A DNA stretch of 64,000 nucleotides. Origin: Candidatus Latescibacterota bacterium (GTDB taxonomy: Bacteria; Latescibacterota; CBDEFO01). Of this stretch, positions 18,818 to 27,525 are shown piece by piece. The stretch is from positions 96,001-160,000 of the forward strand of contig CBDEFO010000007.1 of NCBI GenBank assembly GCA_965237525.1. Reading direction: 5' to 3'. Made by a program: the position numbers and the translations under genes. The notes below the pieces were generated by a model. That model searched no databases. It saw nothing but the letters and a program-made list of their open reading frames with translations, and was not told the DNA's origin. Each line of letters opens with the position of its first letter. The stretch's first letter is position 1.

Positions 18818-20026
18818 ATGATTAAATCAAGGAGCTTCGAAATGCGAAAGACATCCTTCCACAGTCCATACTTGCTCCAGCACGCTTTGGCGATCATAGT
18901 CACGCTTTCGCTTCCCAGAAGCGTTCACGCTGATCCCATCCGCGGGGAAGTGCCACAGACCGTGGCCGACGTTTTCCACCCAGAAGTCGAAGGCGTTACG
19001 GTGGAAACCTGGGTGGACAGTCTGCATATTCCTTGGTCACTTGTTTTCCTACCAAACGGTGATGCCCTTGTTTCAGAACCACGCGGTCGAATTCAGCATA
19101 TTCCCCGTGGGCAGAACCAGCCGCAACTCTACATCGAAATCGATGACGTGGCCCACGTAGTCGAAGGCGGAGTCAACGGACTGGCCCTGCATCCCCAATT
19201 TGCACAGCACCCGTTTGTCTACGCCATGTACAGTTATCGAAAGGATGAACAGCTGTTCATCCGTGTCATTCGCTTGCGCCATCACGGTGATACCGGTGTT
19301 TTTGACAGAGTGATTCTGGACAACATACCCGGTCACACTTTTCATATTGGCGGCAGGATCGGATTCGGTCCGGATGGGATGCTCTATATCGGGACAGGCG
19401 ATCTCGTGAAGCAGACGCCTGCCCAGGATCTTAAATCATGGGCAGGAAAAATTCTTCGCATCACGCCAGATGGCCAGATTCCGAAGGATAACCCCTTCCC
19501 TGGATCCCCGGTCTTTTCCTATGGACACCGTAATGTCCAGGGCTTAGCTTGGGACCCTGAAACCGGCGTCTTGTTTAGTTCAGAACACGGACTAAATGGT
19601 GACTTGCCAGGCGTCTATGAGCGCGACGAGATCAACATCATCGAGAAAGGAGCCAACTACGGCTGGCCCAATGTCGTCGGCGCGCCTCGCATCGCTGAAT
19701 ACCGGGATCCGATCATAATGTGGCGTGGTGCGTCCGTGCCTCCCGCAGGAATGACCTTTTACCGCGGGGACCTCTTCGTTGCCACGTTGCGTAGTAAAGC
19801 ACTGATTCGTATCCAGTTTGATGACGATAACGAAGACTATAAGGTAACGAATATCGAACGCTGGTTTGCTCGCGACCTGAAGAATGGAATCTACGGACGC
19901 CTGCGTGACGTGACCGTTGGACCGGACGGCCATCTCTACGTTTTGACCAACAACACTGATAGACGAGAAAAATTGCGTCCAAACGATGACAAGATCCTGC
20001 GGCTGAAGTTTGAGTCCCCGGAATAG
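18818..20026 (+). CDS. PQQ-dependent sugar dehydrogenase (YliI/glucose-sorbosone dehydrogenase family), copy 1
   Basis: PWSLVFLP, HIGGRIGFGPDGMLYIGTGD, GKILRI, GHRNVQG, EHG, NYGWP and GRLRDV; signal peptide. Confidence 0.9.
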   Translation: MIKSRSFEMRKTSFHSPYLLQHALAIIVTLSLPRSVHADPIRGEVPQTVADVFHPEVEGVTVETWVDSLHIPWSLVFLPNGDALVSEPRGRIQHIPRGQNQPQLYIEIDDVAHVVEGGVNGLALHPQFAQHPFVYAMYSYRKDEQLFIRVIRLRHHGDTGVFDRVILDNIPGHTFHIGGRIGFGPDGMLYIGTGDLVKQTPAQDLKSWAGKILRITPDGQIPKDNPFPGSPVFSYGHRNVQGLAWDPETGVLFSSEHGLNGDLPGVYERDEINIIEKGANYGWPNVVGAPRIAEYRDPIIMWRGASVPPAGMTFYRGDLFVATLRSKALIRIQFDDDNEDYKVTNIERWFARDLKNGIYGRLRDVTVGPDGHLYVLTNNTDRREKLRPNDDKILRLKFESPE

Positions 20027-20250
20027 GACGTAGTTCTATACGCCCGAAGTGAGTCACTGACCTGCATCACGCTGTTGAAGAGCTGGGAATTCCGTAGGGA
20101 CCTGGCCAATACCGGTCGCGGATCTGTGGATGTCCGCCAAGTTCGCTCTGTTGAAGTGGGGAAAAAGCGTACTTTTGAAGCTGTAGAGAATATCTCATAA
20201 CGTCTCATGATAAAGGAGGTCAAACTACGACTGAATCAAGGAGCTTCGAA

Positions 20251-21462
20251 ATGCGAAAGACATCCTTCCACAGTCCATACTTTCTCCAGCACGCTTTGGC
20301 GATCATAGTTGCGCTTTCCCTTTCCAGAAGCGTTCACGGTGATCCCATCCGCGGGGAAGTGCCGCAGACCGTAGCCGACGTTTTTCTTCCAGAAGTGGAA
20401 GGAGTCAGGGTCGAGACCTGGGTGGACAGTCTTCAGATCCCCTGGTCTCTGGTTTTCCTGCCAAATGGTGATGCCCTTCTTTCGGAGCGATACGGGCAAA
20501 TTCAACGTATTCCCCGTGGGCTGAGTCAGCCGAAGCTTTACATCAAGCTCGACGAAGTAGCCCACGTCGGAGATGGGGGACTCATGGGATTGGCCCTACA
20601 TCCCCAATTTACACAGCACCCCTTTGTCTACGTCATGCACAGCTATCAAAAGGATGAACAGCTGTTCAATCGTGTCATTCGCCTGCGCCATCTCGGTGAT
20701 ACCGGTGTTTTTGACAGCGTCATTGATAGGGGTCTTTTTGATCGCGTCATTCTGGACAACATACCCGGTCACACAGGTCATATTGGCGGCAGGATCGGAT
20801 TCGGTCCGGATGGGATGCTTTACATCGGGACTGGAGATCTCAACAAGCAGACGCTCTCTCAGGATCTAAACTCATGGGCAGGGAAAATCCTTCGCATCAC
20901 GCCGGAAGGCCAGATTCCGGAAGATAACCCTTTCCCAGGCTCCCCGATCTTTTCCTATGGGCACCGTGTTGTGCAGGGCCTGGCCTGGGATCCCGAGACC
21001 GGTGTAATGTTTAACTCAGAACACGGACCGTCTGATGAATGGCCGGGCGTCTACCACTGCGACGAGATCAACATCGTTGAGAAAGGAGGCAACTACGGCT
21101 GGCCCAATGTCGTGGGCGCGCCTCGCATCGCTAAATACCGGGATCCCATCGCGATGTGGAAAAAAGCCTCTGTCCCTCCCTCCGGCATGACCTTTTACCG
21201 CGGAGACCTCTTCGTTGCCACGTTGAAAAGTCAAGCACTTATTCGTATCCAGTTTGAAGACGATAACGAAGACTATAAGGTAACGAATATCGAACGCTGG
21301 TTTGCTCGCGACCTGAAGAATGGAATCTACGGACGCCTGCGTGACGTGACCGTTGGACCGGACGGCCATCTCTACGTTTTGACCAACAACACTGATAGAC
21401 GAGAAAAATTGCGTCCAAACGATGACAAGATCCTGCGGCTGAAGTTTGAGCCCCCGGAATAG
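20251..21462 (+). CDS. PQQ-dependent sugar dehydrogenase, copy 2
   Basis: Same motifs as copy 1. The first ATG is mutated to ACG. Carries a 9-aa insertion, SVIDRGLFD. Confidence 0.9.
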   Translation: MRKTSFHSPYFLQHALAIIVALSLSRSVHGDPIRGEVPQTVADVFLPEVEGVRVETWVDSLQIPWSLVFLPNGDALLSERYGQIQRIPRGLSQPKLYIKLDEVAHVGDGGLMGLALHPQFTQHPFVYVMHSYQKDEQLFNRVIRLRHLGDTGVFDSVIDRGLFDRVILDNIPGHTGHIGGRIGFGPDGMLYIGTGDLNKQTLSQDLNSWAGKILRITPEGQIPEDNPFPGSPIFSYGHRVVQGLAWDPETGVMFNSEHGPSDEWPGVYHCDEINIVEKGGNYGWPNVVGAPRIAKYRDPIAMWKKASVPPSGMTFYRGDLFVATLKSQALIRIQFEDDNEDYKVTNIERWFARDLKNGIYGRLRDVTVGPDGHLYVLTNNTDRREKLRPNDDKILRLKFEPPE

Positions 21463-21663
21463 GACGTAGTTGTAGATGCCTGAAGTGAGTCGCCGACCTG
21501 CATCACGCTGTTGAAGAGCTGCGAATTCCGTAGGGACCTGCCCAATACCGGTCGCGGATCTGTGGATGTCCGCCAAGTTCGCGTCTGTTGAAGTGGGGAA
21601 AAAGCGTACTTTTGAAGCTGTAGAGAATATCTCATAACGTCTCATGATAGAGGAGGTCAAACT

Positions 21664-22872
21664 ATGACTAAATCAAGGAGCTTCGAAATGCGAAAGACAT
21701 CCTTCCACAGTCCATACTTGCTCCAGCACGCTCTGGAGATCATAGTTGCGCTTTCCCTTCCCAGAAGCGTTCACGCTGATCCCATCCGCGGGGAAGTCCC
21801 GCAGACTGTCGCCGACGTTTTCCACCCAGAAGTGGAAGGGGTCAGCGTCGAGACCTGGGTAGACAGTCTGCAGATCCCCTGGTCTCTGGTTTTCCTGCCA
21901 AATGGTGATGCCCTTCTTTCGGAACGGCGCGGTAGAATTCAACGTATTCCCCGTGGGCTGAGCCAGCCGAAGCTTTACATCAAGCTCAATGAAGTAGCCC
22001 ACACTGGCGATGCCGGACTTATGGGGCTGGCCCTGCATCCCCAATTTACACAGCACCCCTTTGTCTACGCCATGCATAGTTATCAAATTCTTGACCAACT
22101 GTTCACTCGTGTCATTCGCCTGCGCCATCATGGTGATACCGGTGTTTTCGACCGTGTCGTTTTGGACAACATACCCGGTTCCAGTATTCATATTGGCGGC
22201 AGGATTGGTTTTGGTCCGGATGGGATGCTTTACGTTGGGACCGGCGATCTCTGGAATCAGCCGCTCTCCCAGGATCTCCACTCATGGGCAGGAAAGATTC
22301 TTCGCATCACGCCGGAAGGCCAGATTCCGGAAGATAACCCTTTCCCAGGCTCCCCGATCTTTTCCTATGGGCACCGTGTTGTGCAGGGTTTAGCCTGGGA
22401 TCCCGAGACCGGTGTTATGTTTAACTCAGAACACGGACCGTCTGGTGAATGGCCGGGCGTCCTACACCGTGACGAAATCAACATCGTTGAGAAAGGAGCC
22501 AACTACGGCTGGCCCAAAGTCGTGGGCGCGCCGCGTATCGCTAAATACCGGGATCCCATCGCGATGTGGAAAAAAGCCTCTGTCCCTCCCTCCGGCATGA
22601 CCTTTTACCGCGGAGACCTCTTTGTTGCCACGCTGGGAAGTCAAGCCCTGATCCGTGTCCAATTCGAAGAAACCTATGAAGGCTATGAGATCACGAATAT
22701 CGAACGTTGGTTTGCTCGCGACCTGAACAAAGGAATCTACGGACGTCTACGTGACGTGACCGTTGGACCGGACGGCCATCTCTACGTTTTGACCTGCAAC
22801 ACCGATGGACGAGCCGAATTGCGTCCAAACGATGACAAGATCCTGCGCCTCAAGTTTGAGCCCCCGGAATAG
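21664..22872 (+). CDS. PQQ-dependent sugar dehydrogenase, copy 3
   Basis: Same motifs as copies 1 and 2. Confidence 0.9.
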   Translation: MTKSRSFEMRKTSFHSPYLLQHALEIIVALSLPRSVHADPIRGEVPQTVADVFHPEVEGVSVETWVDSLQIPWSLVFLPNGDALLSERRGRIQRIPRGLSQPKLYIKLNEVAHTGDAGLMGLALHPQFTQHPFVYAMHSYQILDQLFTRVIRLRHHGDTGVFDRVVLDNIPGSSIHIGGRIGFGPDGMLYVGTGDLWNQPLSQDLHSWAGKILRITPEGQIPEDNPFPGSPIFSYGHRVVQGLAWDPETGVMFNSEHGPSGEWPGVLHRDEINIVEKGANYGWPKVVGAPRIAKYRDPIAMWKKASVPPSGMTFYRGDLFVATLGSQALIRVQFEETYEGYEITNIERWFARDLNKGIYGRLRDVTVGPDGHLYVLTCNTDGRAELRPNDDKILRLKFEPPE

Positions 22873-23060
22873 GACGTAGTTGTAGCCGCCCGAAGTGAGT
22901 CGCCGACCTGCTCCACGGTGCACCGGAATCCAGACCAAGACTACGAGCATATGCGGATCTACGGTTTCAACTAGGAGAGTGGAAGCCGCATCATTATGAC
23001 TTCGTTGCCTCCCAGAGAAGATCATCCTGATTATCACACGTATCAGCACAGGAGGTAATT

Positions 23061-23990
23061 ATGAAATCACAAGAGATAGGACGAGAAACAGGTTTGATAG
23101 CAAGTAGATTGGTCTATGGCATTCTGAGAATCCACACGACTGGCGGCGATGCCGAAGCAATCTCGCGCATTCATACCGCCTTCGATGCAGGGTTCACCCA
23201 CTTTGATTCGGCCTATATCTACGGCAACGGCGGCGGGCGATGCAGCGAACTGCTGGGTAAAGCACTGAAAGAACGACCTGGCCTTCGAGAGCAGATCGTT
23301 ATCACCACTAAGTGCGGAATTCGAGTTCTCGACCCGTTGTCCGAGACGGGGTCCCAAGAGTGGTACGAATTATCCGCGGATTACATTATTTCCTCAGCCG
23401 AAGCGGAATTGAAGCGAATTGGTATCGAGGCGATTGACGTCTTCCTCCTGCATAAGCCCGATATTCTGATGGAACCGGCAGAGATCGCACGCGCCTTCGA
23501 GAGACTGCACACAGAGGGCAAGGTACGTTTTTTCGGGGTCAGTAATTTCTTCCCGGATCAGGTGCGCCTTCTCCAAGAGGGACTCTCGGTACCGCTTGTG
23601 CTAAATCAGGTGCAGATTCATCCCCTCCTTGTGGAGCGCTTCTACGACGGTACCATCGAGCAGTGTCAGCTCCTCGGCATCACCCCTCAGGCCTAGAGCC
23701 CGATGGCAGGAGGGACCTTAGGAACCGGCGCAGTGCTGCCGAACGACCACCCGCGACGCGAGGCTGTGAACACTGTCATTCGGGTGTTCGATAGGGAAGC
23801 TAAGTATCTCGGCTGCACTCGCTCACAGCTTGTTCTTGCCTGGCTTATGCGGCATCCGGCAGGGATTTTGCCCGTCGTCGGGACGACCAACCCGGAACGA
23901 ATCCGTGAAGCCGCAGGTGCTGATGATATCCAGATTCCACGAGAAACCTGGCATCGGCTGACCAACATAGCCTGCTGGTACTGCGGCTAG
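23061..23990 (+). pseudogene. Aldo/keto reductase (YdhF-like) with an in-frame TAG at 23694-23696
   Basis: FDSAYIYG, TTKCG, FLLHKPD, GVSNF and NQVQ. TPQA*SPMAGG corresponds to the conserved AWSPL-GG motif, and the downstream ORF 23703-23990 is in the same frame. Confidence 0.85.
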
Positions 23991-23992
23991 AA

Positions 23993-24117
23993 CGCCGCTG
24001 CAGATCCTCGAGGAGTTCATGCAGTCGCACAAGGAAAAGACAGTAAGTGTCAACGAAATTGCGAAATATATGAATATTTCTCAGCCCAATGTGTCCCAGA
24101 ACCTGAGAAGGTGCTGA
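23993..24117 (+). pseudogene. ArsR-type winged-HTH remnant
   Basis: Translates to LQILEEFMQSHKEKTVSVNEIAKYMNISQPNVSQNLRRC*; no 5' part. Confidence 0.45.
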
Positions 24118-24235
24118 AAAATGGTGGGGTTTATGTGGTGCGCCCGGGGAGGTAGGTGATGAACAGCCCGGGAGGGTGCTCAATTGGGTGCTTGACGGCA
24201 GCGGAATAGGGAGGAGATCGTCTGTCTGGACGTGG

Positions 24236-24370
24236 CAGATAGAGGGCATGCTGAGGCTGGCTGAGGACAGGGTCGAACTGACCCGGAGGGGGCTGCAGTG
24301 GGTGGACCAGTTGCAGCCTGAGTTCTACGATTCCAAATGCCAGAATGCGCGCTATTCCAGAAAGAAATAA
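24236..24370 (+). pseudogene. C-terminal remnant of a HemN-like radical SAM protein
   Basis: EGMLRLAEDRVELTRRGLQWVDQLQPEFY...NARY resembles the HemN_C tail; partly duplicated at 25897-25990. Confidence 0.5.
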
Positions 24371-24425
24371 TCCCGATGTAAATAGAATTCCACGAACTGT
24401 GGGAATATTTGAAAAGGAGTTAACT

Positions 24426-25893
24426 ATGAAATACTATGTTAGTCTCTGCTGTGCACTCCTGGGGATATCGGCTTCAATCTCCGACGCCCAAGAGTTGCCA
24501 GGGCGCGAGTTGCGACAGGTCTTTGCGGCCAACGACTTCGTCCAACCGCTGTTTCTGACACACGCCGGAGACGGGAGCGACCGCATCTTCGTCGTTGAGA
24601 AGATGGGTCGCATTAAAGTTATGCCGAACCGTGACGACGCTGTGGCGACCGATTTTCTCGATCTTAGGGATAGGGTGAACGATAGTGGCGACGGGGGGCT
24701 GCTCAGCGTGGCCTTTCATCCGGAGCACAGCACCAACAGCTTATTCTACGTCTACTACACTTTCGGCAATTTCTTTTCGCGCTTATCCAAATTCCGCGTG
24801 TCTGGCGATCCTAATGTCGCTGATGTAGAAAGCGAACGCGTTCTGTGGGAGGTGTCGCAGCCGGCGACGAATCACAACGGAGGTCAGCTCGCCTTCGGGC
24901 CGGATGGAATGCTCTATGTCGGTCTCGGAGACGGGGGAAGAGCTGGGGACGAATTCCGGAACGCTCAGGATCCCACTACCTGGTTGGGTGCGATTCTGCG
25001 CATCGACGTGGACGTTCGCACGGCAGGCCTCGAGTACGGTATCCCGCCTGACAATCCGTTCGTTGGCAACAGTCAAGATTGGCGTGAAGAGATCTGGGCA
25101 TACGGCCTGCGTATACCCTGGCGTTTCAGCTTCGACAGGAAAAGCGGTCAGCTGTGGGCGGGAGACGTCGGACAGGCTTCGTGGGAGGAGATCGACCTGA
25201 TCGAGAAGGGCGCCAACTACGGATGGAACAGGATGGAGGGGTTTCACTGCTTCTCTCCTCAGACCGACTGCGACACGGTCGGCCTTGCCCTGCCTGTGTT
25301 CGAGTATGGTCACGAGGGGGGGAGGAGCCTCCATCACCGGCGGCTACGTTTACCGCGCCGCCCGTCTGGGCGGGTTATACGGAGTCTACATCTACGGCGA
25401 TTTCATAACCAAGAAAATCTGGGGTCTGCGCTACGAAGAGGGTGAGGTGCGCTCTAACGACCTGATCGCCACCTCTCCGTCGAGAATCTCCAGCTTCGGC
25501 GAAGACGAGAGCGGAGAGGTTTACATCGTGGGATTCGGAGGGCCGATCTACGTCTTCGAGCTCCTGCTGGGTGAGATGCCGACCGCCGTCCTATCGGAAG
25601 AGAAGAAGCTGCCCCAAGCACACGCGCTGCACCAGAACTACCCCAATCCGTTCAATCCCTCGACGACGATTTCATTCACGGTGGCAACGCGCGGTCCGGT
25701 CGAACTCAGCGTCTTCGACCTTCTCGGCCGTCGGGTGCGGATACTCAGCGAAGGACCAAGATCAGCAGGGCAACACACCGTCGTCTGGGATGGCACCGAC
25801 GAGAAGGGACGAGCGGTCGGGTCCGGCATCTACGTCTACCGGCTTCGCATCGCTGACTTCGTGCAGACGCGCAAGATGGTACTGGTCAAGTAG
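24426..25893 (+). pseudogene. Secreted PQQ-dependent sugar dehydrogenase (HHIP-like) with FlgD-Ig/T9SS tail; frameshifted in a G7 run at 25316-25322
   Basis: ORFs 24345-25445 and 25285-25893 together align end to end with the intact paralog 26051-27514. Confidence 0.85.
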
Positions 25894-26050
25894 GGGGTAG
25901 AACTGACCCGGAAGGGGCTGCTGCGGGTGGAGCAGTTGCAGCCTGAGTTCTACGATTCCAAATACCAGAATGCGCGCTATTCCAGAAAGAAATCATACCG
26001 ATGTAGATGGAATTCCACGAACCGTGGGAATATCTGAAAAGGAGTTGACT

Positions 26051-27514
26051 ATGAAATACTATGTTGGTCTCTGCTGTGCACTTCTGGGGATCTCGGTTTC
26101 AATCTCCGATGCCCAAGAGTTGCCAGCGCGCGAGTTGCGACAGGTCTTTGCGGCCAACGACTTTGTCCAACCGCTCTTTCTGACACACGCCGGAGACGGG
26201 AGCGACCGCATCTTTGTAGTAGAGAAGCCGGGCCGTATTAAGGTCATGCCTAATGTCGACGACGCCGTCGCTACGGATTTCCTGGACATCCGAGATCAGG
26301 TGAACCCGGTCAGCGAGGGGGGGCTGCTCAGCGTGGCCTTTCATCCGGAGCACGGCACCAACGGGTTATTCTACGTCTACTACACTCGCGGCACTTTCTT
26401 TTCGCGGGTATCCGAATTCCGCGTGTCTGGCGATCCTAATGTCGCTGATGTAGAAAGCGAACGCGTCCTGTGGGAGGTGTCACAGCCGGCGACGAATCAC
26501 AACGGAGGTCAGCTCGCCTTCGGGCCGGATGGAATGCTCTATGTCGGTCTTGGAGACGGAGGAGGAGGAGGGGACACATTCCGGAACGGTCAGGATCCCA
26601 CTACCTGGTTGGCCGCGATTCTGCGCATCGACGTTGATGCTCGCACGGCAGGCCTCCAGTACGGTATCCCGCCTGACAATCCGTTTGTCGGCAACAGTCA
26701 AGATTGGCGCGAAGATATCTGGGCATATGGCCTGCGCAACCCCTGGCGTTTCAGCTTTGACAGGAAAAGCGGTCAGCTGTGGGCGGGAGACGTCGGGCAG
26801 TCTCTGTGGGAAGAGGTCGATGTCATCGAAAAGGGCGCCAACTACGGCTGGAACAGGATGGAGGGATTTCACTGCTTCTCTCCTCAAACCAACTGCGACA
26901 CGGTCGGCCTTACCCTGCCCGTGTTCGAGTACGGTCACGACGTGGGGGCTTCCATCACCGGCGGCTACGTCTACCGCGCCGCCCGTCTGAGCGGGTTATA
27001 CGGAGTCTACATCTACGGCGATTTCGTAAGCAAGAGAATCTGGGGTCTGCGCTACGAAGAGGATAAGGTGCGCTCTAACGACCTGATCGCCACCTCTCCG
27101 TCGAGCATCTCCAGCTTCGGCGAAGACGAGAGCGGGGAGGTTTACATCGTGGGATTCGAAGGGCCAATCTACCTCATCGAGCTCCTGCCGGGCGAGATGC
27201 CGACCGCCGTCCTATCGGAAGAGGGCGAGCTGCCCCAAGCACACGCGCTGCACCAGAACTACCCCAATCCGTTCAATCCCTCGACGACGATTTCATTCAC
27301 GGTGGCAACTAGCGGTCCGGTCGAACTCAGCGTCTTCGACCTTCTCGGCCGTCGGGTGCGGATACTCACCGAAGGCCCAAGACCATCCGGGCAACACACA
27401 GTCGTCTGGGATGGCACCGACGAGAAGGAACGAGCGGTCGGGTCCGGCATTTACGTCTACCGGCTTCGCATCGCTGACTTCGTGCAGACGCGCAAAATGG
27501 TGCTGGTCAAGTAG
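26051..27514 (+). CDS. Secreted PQQ-dependent sugar dehydrogenase (HHIP-like) with C-terminal FlgD-Ig/T9SS-type domain
   Basis: Signal peptide MKYYVGLCC after AAGGAG; NHNGGQLAFGPDGMLY, GLRNPWRFSFD, NYGW, SSFGED and QNYPNPFNPST tail. Confidence 0.9.
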   Translation: MKYYVGLCCALLGISVSISDAQELPARELRQVFAANDFVQPLFLTHAGDGSDRIFVVEKPGRIKVMPNVDDAVATDFLDIRDQVNPVSEGGLLSVAFHPEHGTNGLFYVYYTRGTFFSRVSEFRVSGDPNVADVESERVLWEVSQPATNHNGGQLAFGPDGMLYVGLGDGGGGGDTFRNGQDPTTWLAAILRIDVDARTAGLQYGIPPDNPFVGNSQDWREDIWAYGLRNPWRFSFDRKSGQLWAGDVGQSLWEEVDVIEKGANYGWNRMEGFHCFSPQTNCDTVGLTLPVFEYGHDVGASITGGYVYRAARLSGLYGVYIYGDFVSKRIWGLRYEEDKVRSNDLIATSPSSISSFGEDESGEVYIVGFEGPIYLIELLPGEMPTAVLSEEGELPQAHALHQNYPNPFNPSTTISFTVATSGPVELSVFDLLGRRVRILTEGPRPSGQHTVVWDGTDEKERAVGSGIYVYRLRIADFVQTRKMVLVK

Positions 27515-27525
27515 GGGGGACCTTC

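Larger units (their letters stand above)
18767..22911 (+). repeat. Tandem triplication of a ~1.41-1.44 kb unit (starts 18767, 20176, 21613)
   Basis: Each unit starts TGAAGCTGTAGAGAA and contains a gene. The ~200-bp spacers between copies are near-identical. Confidence 0.9.

Noticed and set aside
20027..20230. Conserved inter-copy spacer as an ncRNA
   Set aside because: Conservation is explained by recent duplication, and no convincing structure was seen.
18767..22911. Diversity-generating retroelement behind the variable dehydrogenase copies
   Set aside because: No reverse transcriptase in the window, differences are not adenine-specific, and whole genes are duplicated.
23694..23696. Pyrrolysine or amber recoding
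   Set aside because: TAG is a normal stop in many genes here, and the position is a conserved Trp one transition away.
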